Shown: piece by piece, positions 22,802 to 35,420 of the stretch | Position numbering within the stretch: the stretch's first letter is position 1 | Layout: every line of letters begins with the position of its first letter | Assembly (NCBI RefSeq): GCF_000143415.4 | Contig: NW_003314263.1 | Span: forward strand, 1,180,165-1,244,164 | Source: Selaginella moellendorffii | Taxonomy: Eukaryota > Plantae > Lycopodiophyta | Length of the DNA: 64,000 nt | Direction of reading: 5' to 3' | Position numbers and translations under genes: made by a program | The notes under the pieces: generated by a model | Told to the model about the DNA's origin: nothing | Seen by the model: only the letters and a program-made list of their open reading frames with translations | Databases searched by the model: none

Positions 22802-23448
22802 ATGGCGGAGGCGGATTCTGGCGGCGCTGGAGGAGGCGCTGGCGGCGCTAGCACTGGCGCTGGCGGAGGGAGAAAGAATAGAATCCAGGTCTCCAACACG
22901 AAGAAGCCGCTGTTCTTCTATGTCAATCTCTCCAAGGTGCGTCCGCGGGCCGGGGTTTCTCTCCTTTTTCGCTGATTCTATGTTTTCCTGGGGCGCTCGG
23001 CAGCGATTCATGCAGCAGTACGGGGAAGTGGAGCTCTCAGGGCTTGGAATGGGTAAAACTTTCGTTGCAATCGATTTGCCGGTTTCTTATGGATTTGGAG
23101 ATGTGAACAGCGATCGCGACCGTCGTGACAGTGGTGGAAATACTCAAGAACAACGGTTTGGCGCTCGAGAAGAGTAAGAGACTTTGATAAAAGATTTCTC
23201 CTTTCATTGCGGCCTTTTTCTCTGTAGAGATCTACACCTCGACGATTGAAATCCAGGACGAGCTTCGGGGGCGCCCAGTCCAGAAAGCAAAGGTAGCTTG
23301 CGTCCACTTCTCTTCTCAATTGGGAAAACCAAATCGTGTGCTCCAGATCGAGATTGTGCTCAAGAAGTCGGACAAATTCGACGAGCTCATGGAGAGTGCC
23401 GCGGAAGAGAATGGTCCTGGTGCCAATCACCAGCAAACGGAAGCGTAG
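22802..23448 (+). CDS. ALBA: Alba DNA/RNA-binding protein (At2g34160-like), 5 exons
   Basis: MAEADSGGAGG...RKNRIQVSNTKKPLFFYVNLSK|RFMQQYGEVELSGLGM|AIATVVTVVEILKNNGLALEE|KIYTSTIEIQDELRGRPVQKAK|IEIVLKKSDKFDELM...QTEA*. Confidence 0.92.
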
Positions 23449-25199
23449 CTAGCGATTTTCATCAACCGAGTGAGTAGCTAGCAAGCACGAAACGAATGTT
23501 GAGTACCTCCTTTTCCAAAGTGGTAAATTTTCTCCCAACTCAAATGTCGATCCGCGTTGTTCCATGAGGAAAACATCGTAGCGTTTCTGTCAGTCTTTAG
23601 GAAACGATCATGTCTAGGATAATGTTAGGAGACAGCCGGAGTCAACTAGCGACCCAAATGCTCTACCATAGAGCTATGCCTCCATTCCCATCTTACATGT
23701 TTCATAATTTGAATGACCACTATCCTTCTGGGATGCATTACATTTTATCAACGTATGAATATACTATAAAATAAATTATGACATTAATTTAGTTAAGAAA
23801 TAGTTCTGGTTTGTTTTAGAAAATCTATAAAGGTATAAAAAAAAATATATTTAGAATATTTAGACCATCTTCTAGGATATTCTTTAATTCAATTGTGATA
23901 TTCTCTTCTTTAACTTTTTTCTAATAAAAGTTTAACATTAATATTCTAACATATCACTAATATAAACCATATTTACCACTCTCTTTCCTTAAACAAAGAT
24001 CGAGAGATGTGATTGTGATGAGAAGATTAACAATTATATCTAGACTTTGGCATTTGATGTTTATTATGCTATCTTTGGAAAGCAGTCTCCACACTCATAT
24101 ATAACTTTTGGAGAAAGAATAGAGTAATTGCAATATTTTTAGCTACCAAAGCCTAGGTTAGAGTTGTAACCACTTGCATCTATGAGCACTATAATCGGGG
24201 AGCTAAAACAATTGATTAAAAATATTCTAAATACTACTTTTAAAAATGTTATATTATAAAATGTTTTATAAATTTAAATTATAGTTTTATATGTATGGTT
24301 ACAATGCCATATACTAATATTAGCATAGTGAGATTTTGGTAGCTATTGAATTAATTTTAATTCAGACAACTTACTTATGGATATAAGCTAGGGTTTTTGG
24401 GCTATATATTCACATTGGTGGAGATGAGGCGCAATATTAATTGTTCTTGAGGAGTGCTTGGATTTAGAATTCTACTTTAAATTTAGCTTTTAAATTGTCT
24501 AAATTTTCCTTTCCTTATAACTTTTTCAATTTCTTCTCTTTTGCTTTTTTCTTTTTTATTCATTTTTATGGCAAAGTAGTAGCCTCCTCCTCCTTTGACT
24601 CTAAAGTAACAATTGGTGCAATTGTTCAATGTTATATGGTTGCAGTAGAACAATCAAACTTAGTTGATAGTGGTATTCATGACGTTTAGTACAACTCTTT
24701 TTGCTCTTGCTGCCAATCCTCGAGTTCAATCGAAGTCCTTCTATGGGAATGGAATGATGTTTGGTATTTGTGTAAATTTCCTATGTATCTCCAAAAGACA
24801 GCACTGCAATGGTACAATGGTTTGAGTGTAGCTATTCATAAGGATTGGAGCATTCCCCTGGACGTCTTCAAACATGCATTTGGATATGTTGACAATTGTG
24901 ATGATGCCTTTTAACAATTGCATTGTTTTTGTCAAGAGCCATTTAAATCCGTGATGCAATTGACATTCGTTTCTGAAGCTTCTTGCTTTGTGCGAAGCTT
25001 AATATGTTAGAGCAAATTAAGTTGGGAATGTTGTGGGTAGCACTTCATCAAAATCTTGTAAGATTTGTGCATGTATTTGCTCCAAACATCCTTAACAATG
25101 CTCTTTTCTTGGCATAACTTTATGAGGCATTGCCTCTTCCATTTCTCGCCACATGTCTTTCAACTCCACTTCCTATGGGAGATGGTCTTGTTTCAATAA

Positions 25200-26430
25200 A
25201 GGTTGATGCTACTGCTGCCCGAATTCAAGGACAAAGGTGAGGACATGGTCGTGGCCATGATATCCATTGTTGGGCATGTGATGAAGTTGGTTATACTTAT
25301 TGGTGTTTTCTAGATTAGCAACTTCCATTTCTTGGGTAGAGATCTTAGCGTTAATAATGTCTTATTGGTGCTACTATAATGGAAGGTCTAAACATTGAGG
25401 TAACCCTTCCATTTTTCTTTCGGGAGTATCATCAAGGGGTTCACTTGGCACCAATTTATTTAATGTTTACTTTCCAAGCTCATTTTTATAACAAGAGGTC
25501 TCCTATTATTCTCTTTGTGTTGGCTGATATAGGCTTGAGTTTATCTTTTATTGCTTGGCTTATTGTTATATGTTATTATCTACATTTACATTGTGTGGTA
25601 GAGCTCGTTTCATTTTATATGGCAACAACTGTACACACGCATGTGCACAAGACTTAGTTGTGCATGTGGGCAATCTTGAACTTGAGTTGCAGTCATTGTG
25701 GGTGGTGCCAAGTCAAGCTTTTGACCTCATCCTTAGTATAGATTAATTACAGCGTAATCATATCAAATGTGACTTTGAGGTTTCTCCCCCTTATCTCATA
25801 TTTCCTTATATTTCTTCAATTTCTCTTACTTTTGTTCCTCTTTATCCTTCTGCTTTTACCTTTACATCTATCACTTTTGTCTCCCCATTACTTCTTCTTA
25901 CATTTCCATTTTGTTCTTTTATTCCCTCTTCTAATCCTTCTGACGATCTTTGTGTTGTAGTAATTGATCAACTCATGAAGGAGTATGTTGATCTTTTTGA
26001 ATTTGACCTATTGTCTAGGGCTAAGATTGCAATATGTCATCCTATTCCAACTGGGGATGCTCATCTAATCAAAGTTTCTATTTGTCATTGGTTGCCAAAA
26101 GAGATCAAGATTTTATATACAAACGTCAAAGAGATGTTAGAAAAGGGTGTTATTCAAAAGTCACAGAGTCCTTGGATATTTAAACCTCATCTTATGACAA
26201 AACCTAATGGAAGTATTCATTTCTATATCAACTATCATCTGTTAAACAAAGTGATGGTCTTGGGAGTGTACCCTCTTCCTCACACTGCTGATATCTTGGA
26301 TTGTCTAAGAAGAAGTCATTGGTTTACCAAGTTAGATCTTGTTTTTGGGTATTGGCAAGTGTTAAGGAAGATATTCTTAAAACTATTTTTCATACACTAT
26401 TTGGTTTGTACGAGTTGTTGATGATGTTGT
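25200..26430 (+). pseudogene. Decayed Ty3/gypsy gag-protease-RT fragment
   Basis: ORF 25975-26421: EMLEKGVIQKSQSPW...KPNGSIHFYINYHLLNK...YPLPHTADILDCL...FTKLDLVFGYWQV; protease-like VLADIG upstream. Confidence 0.85.
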
Positions 26431-26939
26431 TTGGTTTGACCCAACCTCGGACTTAGTCTTAGACTTGATCTTGAACTTGATTTTATCTAATGAAGTCTTT
26501 ATCATTTTAATTATAGTTTCAGAGATCCTTTAGTGTATGACACTTTGGGGAGTTGGTTCCTTGCAACTCCACCACCTATAAAAAAAATTTGATATTCATA
26601 TTAAACGTCTTTATTTAATCATATGACTTGCTGACCATGTCTCTGGGGGGATCCCTCCACGTCTAAGTCACCCTCCCCAGCTAAGAGCCCATAACAATGG
26701 GATATACCCCTCACCTCACCAAACTCTAGTATAGGGTTGGGACTTGAACCCAACCTTGCTTTACTAGAGGGTTACAATTCAAATTCAAGTTCTGTAAAAT
26801 ACATCTGCGGGGAGTCGAGTGTAGGCTCTTACACTTAGTCAACTTAGCTAACCCATGCTAATTAACTTACCTTTGGCACACCTTTAGGTCCCAACATATG
26901 ATATTGCTCAATTTCACAAATGGATACTTTAATTAAACT

Positions 26940-27275
26940 TTGCATAAGTACATAAAGTTTTACCTTGCAAAATTCTTCCTTTAGATCTTATATGTTTGCT
27001 AAATTCTCCTTCGGTTCCCATGTTGTTTTGCAAAGTGGAAATCCTTTCCACTTCATATAGAACTCCCTCACCTTACATCCTTGTCATTTGCTCTTGTGCA
27101 CATTAAGGATGGCCTCTACGTCGTATTCCTCTTCCCCTTAAATAGCCTTGGGTAAAGGTCTTACTTGGTTTTTGCGAAGTAGATCCTCAAAATACGGTTT
27201 GAGTAAGTTCACATAAAACATATAATGCATCTTCCCCACCGAGGAAGTCAAAGACAATAAACCACTTTACCAATT
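26940..27275 (-). pseudogene. Chromovirus integrase C-terminus with chromodomain remnant
   Basis: Minus frame KMHYMFYVNLLKPYFED...EEEYDVEAILNVHKSK*...EFYMKWKGFPLCKTTWEPKENL. Confidence 0.75.
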
Positions 27276-27285
27276 CGAATCTCAA

Positions 27286-27880
27286 TCTAAGCTCTTGAAT
27301 TTAGACTTTTGGAGAGGTCACCTAGCCCAGTATTATTCAAACCCAAGGACACTTAACCCTAAGTATCCCAAAACCCTTAACCAATTGGAAAAAGAGGTGC
27401 ATTCTTATTCATGGGCCCTTTCCCTTTATATTTGACCCCTTATGGATCATCTTTCGAGTTGTTCCCTTTTATTGCTTATAATTCACCACGCTTCCCTGCA
27501 AGTTCATACCATCATGAACGAAAGCTGAGAGCCACAACTCTCTCAAGAGCCCTACTCTTTTGACACCCTACCCCTTGAGTCGAGCCTAGCTTGAGCAAAT
27601 TAAACCTACCAAATATCAATTAATATGTGGTGTGATTCCCCTAACCAATCAATAGAATCAAACCCAAGACCCCTCTAATACCAAATCTAAGCTCTTGAAT
27701 TTAGACTTCCTAAGAAGTCATCTAGCTTAGTACTATTCAAACCCAAGGATGCTTAATCTTAAGTATCCCAAAATCTTTAACTGATTGGAAAAGGAGGTGC
27801 ACTTTTATTCATGAACCCTTTCCCTCTATATTTAAACTCTTATGGATTGTCTCTCGAATCGTTCCCTTTAGTAGTTTATA
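27286..27880 (-). mobile_element. Degenerate Cassandra TRIM
   Basis: Reverse-complement homolog of 33905-34499: two ~195 bp LTRs, PBS complement CTCTAATACCAAA at ~27673-27685; many C>T/G>A changes. Confidence 0.85.
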
Positions 27881-27882
27881 GT

Positions 27883-28498
27883 AAATTGACTTGAGATTGA
27901 ACTTGGGGGTTAGGGGCCTCAAGTGGGAGTGAGCATGGAGTTAGGTGGTGCCAGAAAGGCCACTCAAAGAAGTGCTTAAAAGTAGCTCCCACTCTCGAAA
28001 GGGAAACCAACTGTAGTGCTCCTAACTCATGTCGAGTGGTGCCCCACATGAATACCACTCCTTCCTAAGGGTTTAGGCATTCCCTTTAAGATGGAAGTGG
28101 GGGAGTAAGGGTACCCATACTCCCCCACTTAGGCCATGGTGTTTTCCCCCAAAGTCCCAAAGTAAGTGATGCACTTAAACCTTAAAATTTAGAGGGTCCC
28201 ATGATTAAGTCTTGATGTACCAAGGGATTTTAGGAATCTGGAGGTTTGGTGTGCTTGATTGCTTGTGCTTGCAAGGAGTGTAGCCAAACTTTAAGTCTAG
28301 TTTAACCCAAAAAGGGGGATTGGGAGAGAATTTAGGAATCTGTGGATGGATGGCTAACACTCTTCTACTTGTGTAGTGAGTAGTTAAATCTATGTAGGAG
28401 CTGGTACAATAAGTGGGATTTTAACTAAGCCCAAGGTGGTGGTGGTCGGATAAATAAGGTAAGTTGGCAAATTGGAAAAGAAAAATTTATGGCTTACA
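27883..28498 (+). mobile_element. Decayed 3' part of the LTR of the gypsy element at 39889-46312
   Basis: Colinear with 41284-41939 (GGGAGTGAGCATGG...GAAAGGGAAACC...AAAAATTT.TGGCTTACA). Confidence 0.8.
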
Positions 28499-28601
28499 AC
28501 TGATTTAGGCATATCATTAAGTGAGGGGATATCCTTATGGCTATGGTCAACAAGTCGTAAGGTTAATTAGGTTCATTCGATGTGGGCATCGAATTTCTTT
28601 T

Positions 28602-29775
28602 TGTAAGCAATTAAATTTTCCTTTCTATTTAAGTTAACCAAACTTTTGATCATTTGGAAGAGTCTCACTCACAACCTTTATGAGTTATATTCCTAACTTG
28701 GGTATATGCTAACTTCGTAAATGACATTTATACCACTCAGCCTTTACACTTGGTCCAAGTGCTCCACATGTCCAATCCAATAATAGACACTCCAAAGGTA
28801 CCACTCACATCTTAGTCTGTTACACTAAAGCTATGTCTATTTACCTTTATCTCATTAGTAGTCCAAAACCACTTATACCATAGTCTCGTAACCCTAAACC
28901 CTAAACCCAAATCTTTCCATGAGTGGTTATCTTAGGACCATATCTTGGCATCCTTAAAATGCTTGAAGATATGAGGAACACCCTTCCCTAATATTTTTTT
29001 TTCAGTCCCTACCAAGTCCCTCTCCATCTACGGCCATGCTCACTGACACTGCCATTAGGTTAGAGCCCAAAGGCCCAATTATTAAGTTCTATTGACCTCT
29101 AAGACTTCCACACCATGTGATTGTATTGTAGCACTCTCTCCCTTTAAGCCAATTGGAAAATGGGCAATTGCTTGATGAGAGAGCCTTTAATGGCTATTTT
29201 ATCCCCATTTATCCCCTAAAGTTCCAAAGATTTATAATGACAGTATATCCAAATTTCATCCATGATCACATATGCTACACTCACCCCCTCTTTAGAGATG
29301 TCAATATCCTCATTAATTATTGACTAACAACCCCTATTGAGCCAAAGGGAACTAACACTTGTACCGTAGTCTTATGGTGGATACTTTCATTTGTAGATAC
29401 CCCATAAGAGAAAGGACATATGTATGGATGCCCAATACATATAATTTCAAATTTTAGGGGTAGAAATATACTTTGCTCAAAGGTATATTATATTTTAAGT
29501 AATCATTAATCAATGGGAATTGAACTCATGCTAATTCACTCATATACCATATATAGCACACTTTATCCTTTCCCTTTAAGCCAATTGAAAAAGGGGTAAT
29601 TGTTTAATGAGATAGTGGCTATTTTATCCCTATTTATCCCCCTAAGGTTCCAAGGATTTATAGTAATACCAAATTATCTCATGATCATATGCGCTACACA
29701 TATCCTTGGTCACAACACAAGAGGATTGTTCCTCTTCCTTTCTACAGTCCAAGACTTTGGGATAACATTTCGAAG
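28602..29775 (-). mobile_element. Partial LTR (same family as 35421-36916), interrupted by a TRIM
   Basis: Starts TGTAAGCAAT...GAGTCTCACTCACAACC, colinear with 35421-36015; resumes after 29698. Confidence 0.75.
29127..29698 (-). mobile_element. Second TRIM family (non-Cassandra), ~150 bp LTRs
   Basis: Direct repeats 29127-29279 and 29552-29698 (T[G/A]TAGCAC...GCTACA); PPT complement CTCACCCCCTCTTT after the left LTR; PBS-like TACCA before the right LTR; flanks TGTAT/CATAT consistent with a decayed CGTAT TSD. Confidence 0.75.
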
Positions 29776-31829
29776 GCTTGAGTTATAATGCTCAATTCTT
29801 TTCTTAAGATCTTTATTATTGCTCTTTGAGTAGCTTGGTATTAGATTAGTTTTGAGTTTGGTTGAAAAACAAGTGGTATGAACTTGTTTATATTATGAAT
29901 AAAGTTGGTGGTGTTTGTTGTTGTAAATCTCTATCGGTGAGGTGTAACATTTATGTCACATTTTGTCAAATAGAGTTGGCATTTGATATTTATATAAAGT
30001 TTTGAAGTAATAATGTGTATTTGCTCATGGTGTTGCTCGATTGATGATCAAGTCATTGTGATTTTTATATCATATCCATGTGATAATGAGCAATATGTTT
30101 ACGAAATTTCTTGATTAAACGATGATCAACCCCAAAGTGGTTAATAGTGAAGCTAATCTATTTGCAAATAGTAATATTGAAGTAGCTTTAACTTGGTTCT
30201 CCATGGTGGTCCATTATATTAAGCTTGAGTTGGTACCTTAGTCCTTGAGAATTTGCCCATTAGGTTTTGGAAAGGGATTATAACATTCACTTACTATGGC
30301 TTGTTAATTTATCCATTAGCACTTGAAGTAAATTATTGGATGGAGAAAGTGTGTAGCTAAACCATTGACATTGATATTGACATGTTAGTGAAAGTGGCAT
30401 TATTGTTTCAAGTGATAAGGAATTTTCTTTAAACCTTGAATTTTTATATTATTTTTTTCTTAGTGTTTTGGCTTTATATTGGAACTTGAAAATGATTGAA
30501 GAAGGGTGTAAATGCAATGTAAATATTTGAAAATATAGTCTTCACGATCAAATAGGGTATTCATTTGCAATTTGCAGATAACAGTGTCGAATATAAATTA
30601 ATTAAGAATGATATTTGATTCTTAAGCATATTGTTAAGTCATAAAAATTTATGTTGAGGTGAACCTATGTGAAGTTGTAGGTAGGAGGAAGTTGGTTGAG
30701 TCTTGAAAATTTATATTCTTAGATTGAAAGTCATTCTTTTTCTAGGATGGAAAATTTGCCACAAATTTTTGTAGACTTTTCCAATAGTTAATCTATTGAT
30801 CATTTTGCCCAAAAACCATTCTGTTTTCGTAAGCCATTATAAACTAGTGAAAAATTGGAATTGACTTCAGTTAGCTTAAACTTTAGTATATAATTTGTAT
30901 AATATAGCCCAAAAAAGATGCTGACTTTTGGGGATAAGGTAATTGAGTTGGATAGAGTCTAGAGTTAGTATAAAAAAGTGGTCAATATGCTTTTCTAGAA
31001 AGGTGACTCTTATACCTTTTTTCTATAATATTATGTTTGGTGACAAATTGTACTTTGCATTTCATTAAATTCTATAAGAGTAATGAGCTCTCATTGATCT
31101 TAACTTAGTCTTGGTAGCTTGTGCTTTGCCTAAGGATAGTGATGTCTAACTTAGTTATTTTAAGTTGAGGTGTTAGTACCCATATTATAGCTTTGTCTAT
31201 AAGGTTGTATTTTATGATCTTCACTTTAGTTACAACTGAGTGTTGATCAAGTATAGCTAGCATCTTCAAGGCATGTTGAGAACTGTTAGCTAAACATGTT
31301 AGTGAGCTTATTGTGGTTCGATTAGATTTGAGTAATCATTTAATATGTACTTGTTCATATTCCTATATCTCGAACCTAGGGTATTACCTTCATGTAGGAT
31401 AAGTATATGACTCGATGGTATGAATTTAATGTTTGGGTCTTATGAAAGACAAGTTGAGTGATTGTTGGTTGCTTTGTGACTAGTGATTGTTTGTAGACTT
31501 TGTTGAGGACTTTTGACACCTGCTTTGCTCGATAATGATTTAGTAGTGATAGCCTTACTTTACCAAATGGTGTTGCAAAGGATCGTGTTGTTAAATTTGC
31601 ATGGTTTTTCTATATTAGCATATCAATTCCATCTCTGTTGATATCATTTAGTTCATGCTATTGGATTACATTCAATCTTAGATGTAATGATTCACTCTTT
31701 GATGATGTGTTATCTATAACTAAGTATTGTTGAAGAATTGGTCCTGGATACTAAGTAGAGAATCTTTGACTTTAGATAGCTTGGTTGCAAGAAAGTTTTG
31801 AGTGGTGATTCACTCTTGCTTTCTTTTAG

Positions 31830-34800
31830 TTTTGTTCTAGCGTTGATAATATTCAAGTAATGTCCTGTCATTGATATTACTGATGTTTAGATTCAAGTGA
31901 AATGAGATGTCTCTTGATTTGGCTACTTTGTCACTCTCTCCCTTGAAGCTTTCATCTTTGCCAAATTGAAGTATTTGGGAATCCATCTTTGGATATACAC
32001 TTCCTTTCCCACAATTTGCTAGCATTTAACACATTAGTGTTCTTTGTCTAACTTTGTCATTTGGATTCTTTCTAATGAATTTCATAGCCCAAACTTGGCC
32101 ACTAGTCTTTTGCTCCTATTTGTTGATTGTTGCACCAAACAATATAAGATCACTACTTCCATCTTCGAAGTATTCTTTCAGTTCCATAGCAAAGGTTCTA
32201 CTTTGCCAAATCTAGAGAGTACTCACCCCTAGTAGGTATCTTTAGCATTTTTTACTATGGGCTCTATCCATAGCCTAATTTTATAACCCTCCCATGGGTT
32301 TTTCCTAGAGACTACTTTCTTGGACTCACTATACCATCCCATTGACATAATTGATTTCCCTTTTGGTTTCCTTCCCACTTAGTCACCTTGACCAAGCTAC
32401 ACCATTATCAATAGTTCAAATCAATATTTTGAACTAAGGACGTTATTCCTTAACTTCACAAAGATCTCATCTTTGTTTAACCGCTGATCTAACCTTTGAC
32501 ACCTTAACAGGTTTGCCAATAGGTACTAGGTCTTTTAGACCTTTAACTTGTTGACCATAACCCTGAGGGCATCCCCCACACTTGGCAGTGCACTCGAGCC
32601 AACTCTTCTAAACAAGGGTCCATAACAACTAAGATTGGGTGTTTCTATCTTATTCACCACATCCTTGGTGCCACGTGTTCAAGTTAAATATGTCGAGCTT
32701 TTACACTAAACAATCTAACCATGCATTACGACTCTGGGGCATCCCCCCGCTTGGCATTATGCCCAAGCCAGTCTCCTTATTGAGAGTCCATGACCACCAA
32801 AAAATAAATATCTTCATATTCCAAACCATCACTACGCCCTAATGAGTTGAGAAGCATTAAAGGATTGGGACTTGAACTCAACCTCTATATATACATCTAT
32901 GGATGGCATCCCCTAGGATGCTTAGCGTGACTCCCCATGCTAGTGCATGAACTTATATTTAAAGTGCGCTATGGATTATAGATTAGAAACCTAATTCCTC
33001 CGCACTGCCAAGTCCTCTCACTTAACAAGTTTGTGATCATGCATGGATTCCTCTATGCTTTGCCCCATGAACCACCCCTTTTTGAAGTCAACACTTTCAA
33101 CTAGAGTTTTTGTTCCCCCCGACTTGCCAATCTCACTTAGCAAGTCCCTCAACTAGCGTAATATGGTTTCATGTATAAGTGTGAAAGTTTTTAACCATCA
33201 ACTTTTGTTCAAAGTCATCTCTTTGAACACTCAAAGGCTACTTCCCCAACCTTGATAGCCTCACCTCATGGCAAGTTTCAAGACCACGCTTTTGCTGTGA
33301 CATTTTGATTTCATACGTTCGATGAACCATTTATACATAACTTTCTAAGTACTAAATTAATGTCGTTATGCATGGGCCTTTTTATACCCATTGCTAGCTA
33401 TACCAAAATCCCTTTTGTCTCTGTCTAATTTAGATAAACAAACTTCTCCCATCTGTGCAACCTTGGACATTGGATAATACCTTTTATCCAATATTTGCTA
33501 GGGACTTCGTCCCTTGGGCTTATCTAATGCCCTCATGATTCCAAACACCACTCCCTAGTGTTTTAAAGTGTTTTGGTGTTCCAATAATGACCTTCTATAA
33601 CAATAAACATTTCCTTTTACGACATTAACTTATTATATTTTAATATAAGCAATTTATCCCCTGGAGGGGTATATCTAACCTCTTTATCCTAATAAGAAAT
33701 TTTGGGTAATTAACTTTTACCAATTCAATCAATTATTTTGCACTTTTTGCTTAATTGCCTCATAGTTGTCAAGTTTTACAACTTATTGCTAATGCTTCCA
33801 TATTTCCATCATTATTTGGGTCACCACACTCTAACACTTCCTGTGTCTAAGTCTTTGTCAAGACTAATATAGTTGTTTTTCATGCCAACTATCCATTAAC
33901 ATTGTGTAAGCAACCAAAGGGAACGACTCGAGAGACGATCCATAGGGGTTCAAATATAAAGGGAAAGGGCCCATGAATAAGAGTGCACCCCCTTTTCCAA
34001 TCGGTTAAGGGTCTTGGGATAGTTGGGGTTAAGCGTCCTTGGGTTTGAATAGTACTGGGCTGGGTGACCTCCCGGGAAGTCCAAACTCAGGAGCTTACAT
34101 TTGGTATCAGAGCAGTCTCGGGTCCGACTCTGTTGGTTGGTTAAGGGAATTGCATCACATGTTGATTGACATCTGGCTGGTCCAGTTTGCTCCCGCTGGG
34201 CTCGACCCGAGGGGTAGGGTGTCAAGAGAGCGGGGCTCTCGGGAGAGCTGCGGCTCTCAGCTTCCGTTCACGAGGGCGTGAACTTGCAGGGAAGCGTGGT
34301 GGATTGTAAGCAACCAAAGGGAACGACTCGAGAGACGATCCATAGGGGTTCAAATATAGAGGGAAAGGGCCCATGAATAAGAGTGCACCCCCTTTTCCAA
34401 TCGGTTAAGGGTCTTGGGATAGTTGGGGTTAAGCGTCCTTGGGTTTGAATAGTACTGGGCTGGGTGACCTCCCGGGAAGTCCAAACTCAGGAGCTTACAC
34501 ATTGCACTATAATGTTCACACACAACTCTGTGACAAAGTTGTTTTTTTCTGGAAACACCTTTCCCATGACTTTAGTATAGCCCATTCTACCATTAATAAA
34601 ATACCCACTATTCTCATACTTGGATATTATGATCCTCCCCATCCTTCGTAAGGCACAACACACCTCAGTACAAATGCTTAAGACTATTCTTTGACTCTAT
34701 TTGAGTTATCCAACTTTTTAGACTTTGCTAATCTGATGGCCTGTAAAGTCCTACTTTTGAGGTGTCTGCTCGCTAGAATACAAGTTTTTATATTCGTGTC

Positions 34801-35420
34801 TTACTCATAAGGACCATCTTTGCAAGTGTTACTCCAACACTGGATTATTCTTTATTTCATATGGGTTACCTTTGCCCCTTAGGACTATCCGTCCATATCA
34901 TGAGAATGCTAACTCATCCTCTAACTATACCCCTAACTCCTTAGGTCTTTTTCAGCATTTATAAAAGGTAGCCTCGACTACCATTTCAATGACTTGTGTC
35001 CTCATCTGTATTTGACTTCCCATGGTCATTAATTCTAGTCTTAATTTCATGAGCACCAACTTCAACTGTATAAGGATAACCTTGCGACTACTTTATTGTT
35101 TTAGAGTCTCTATATTTTTGTGATCCCAACTATAATTGTTTACCACAACTACATTAGCCAGTTTGCTAAGTCAAACACTCATCTAGATCATGTCCTCAAC
35201 TCTCTGAGGAAAATCTTATATTATTCCCAAGATATTGGCCCTTTTCTATCCACCACCTTGCCTACAAGTTCACACATGAACTATAGTGGAGAGCTATGTC
35301 CTCCTGACCTACTACTCCTCAAAGATAACCCCACTTTTAAGACCTTCTAATGCCAACATAAGTGGTGATATACTTGAGTACCAATAAAAGTCAGACCAAG
35401 GAACAGCTCTAATACCAAAT
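31830..35420 (-). pseudogene. Heavily decayed internal region of an LTR retrotransposon whose 5' LTR is 35421-36916
   Basis: PBS complement GCTCTAATACCAAAT at 35406-35420 adjoining the LTR; strand-biased, stop-riddled coding-like sequence; interrupted by Cassandra. Confidence 0.55.
33905..34499 (+). mobile_element. Intact young Cassandra TRIM with 5S rRNA-like LTRs
   Basis: LTRs 33905-34099 and 34305-34499 (195 bp, TG...CA, one mismatch seen); PBS TGGTATCAGAGC at 34102-34113; purine-rich tract before the 3' LTR; TSD CATTG on both sides; each LTR has GTTAAGCGTCCTTGGGTTTGAATAGTACTGGGCTGGGTGACCTCCCGGGAAGTCC, matching 5S rRNA box A-IE-box C. Confidence 0.96.

Noticed and set aside
23645-23685. 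tRNA 5'-half-like GGAGGCATAGCTCTATGGTAGAGCAT on the minus strand
   Set aside because: No anticodon or T arm follows; better explained as the Helitron terminal hairpin.
34028-34082. 5S rRNA gene
   Set aside because: Only the internal promoter portion, embedded in Cassandra LTRs.
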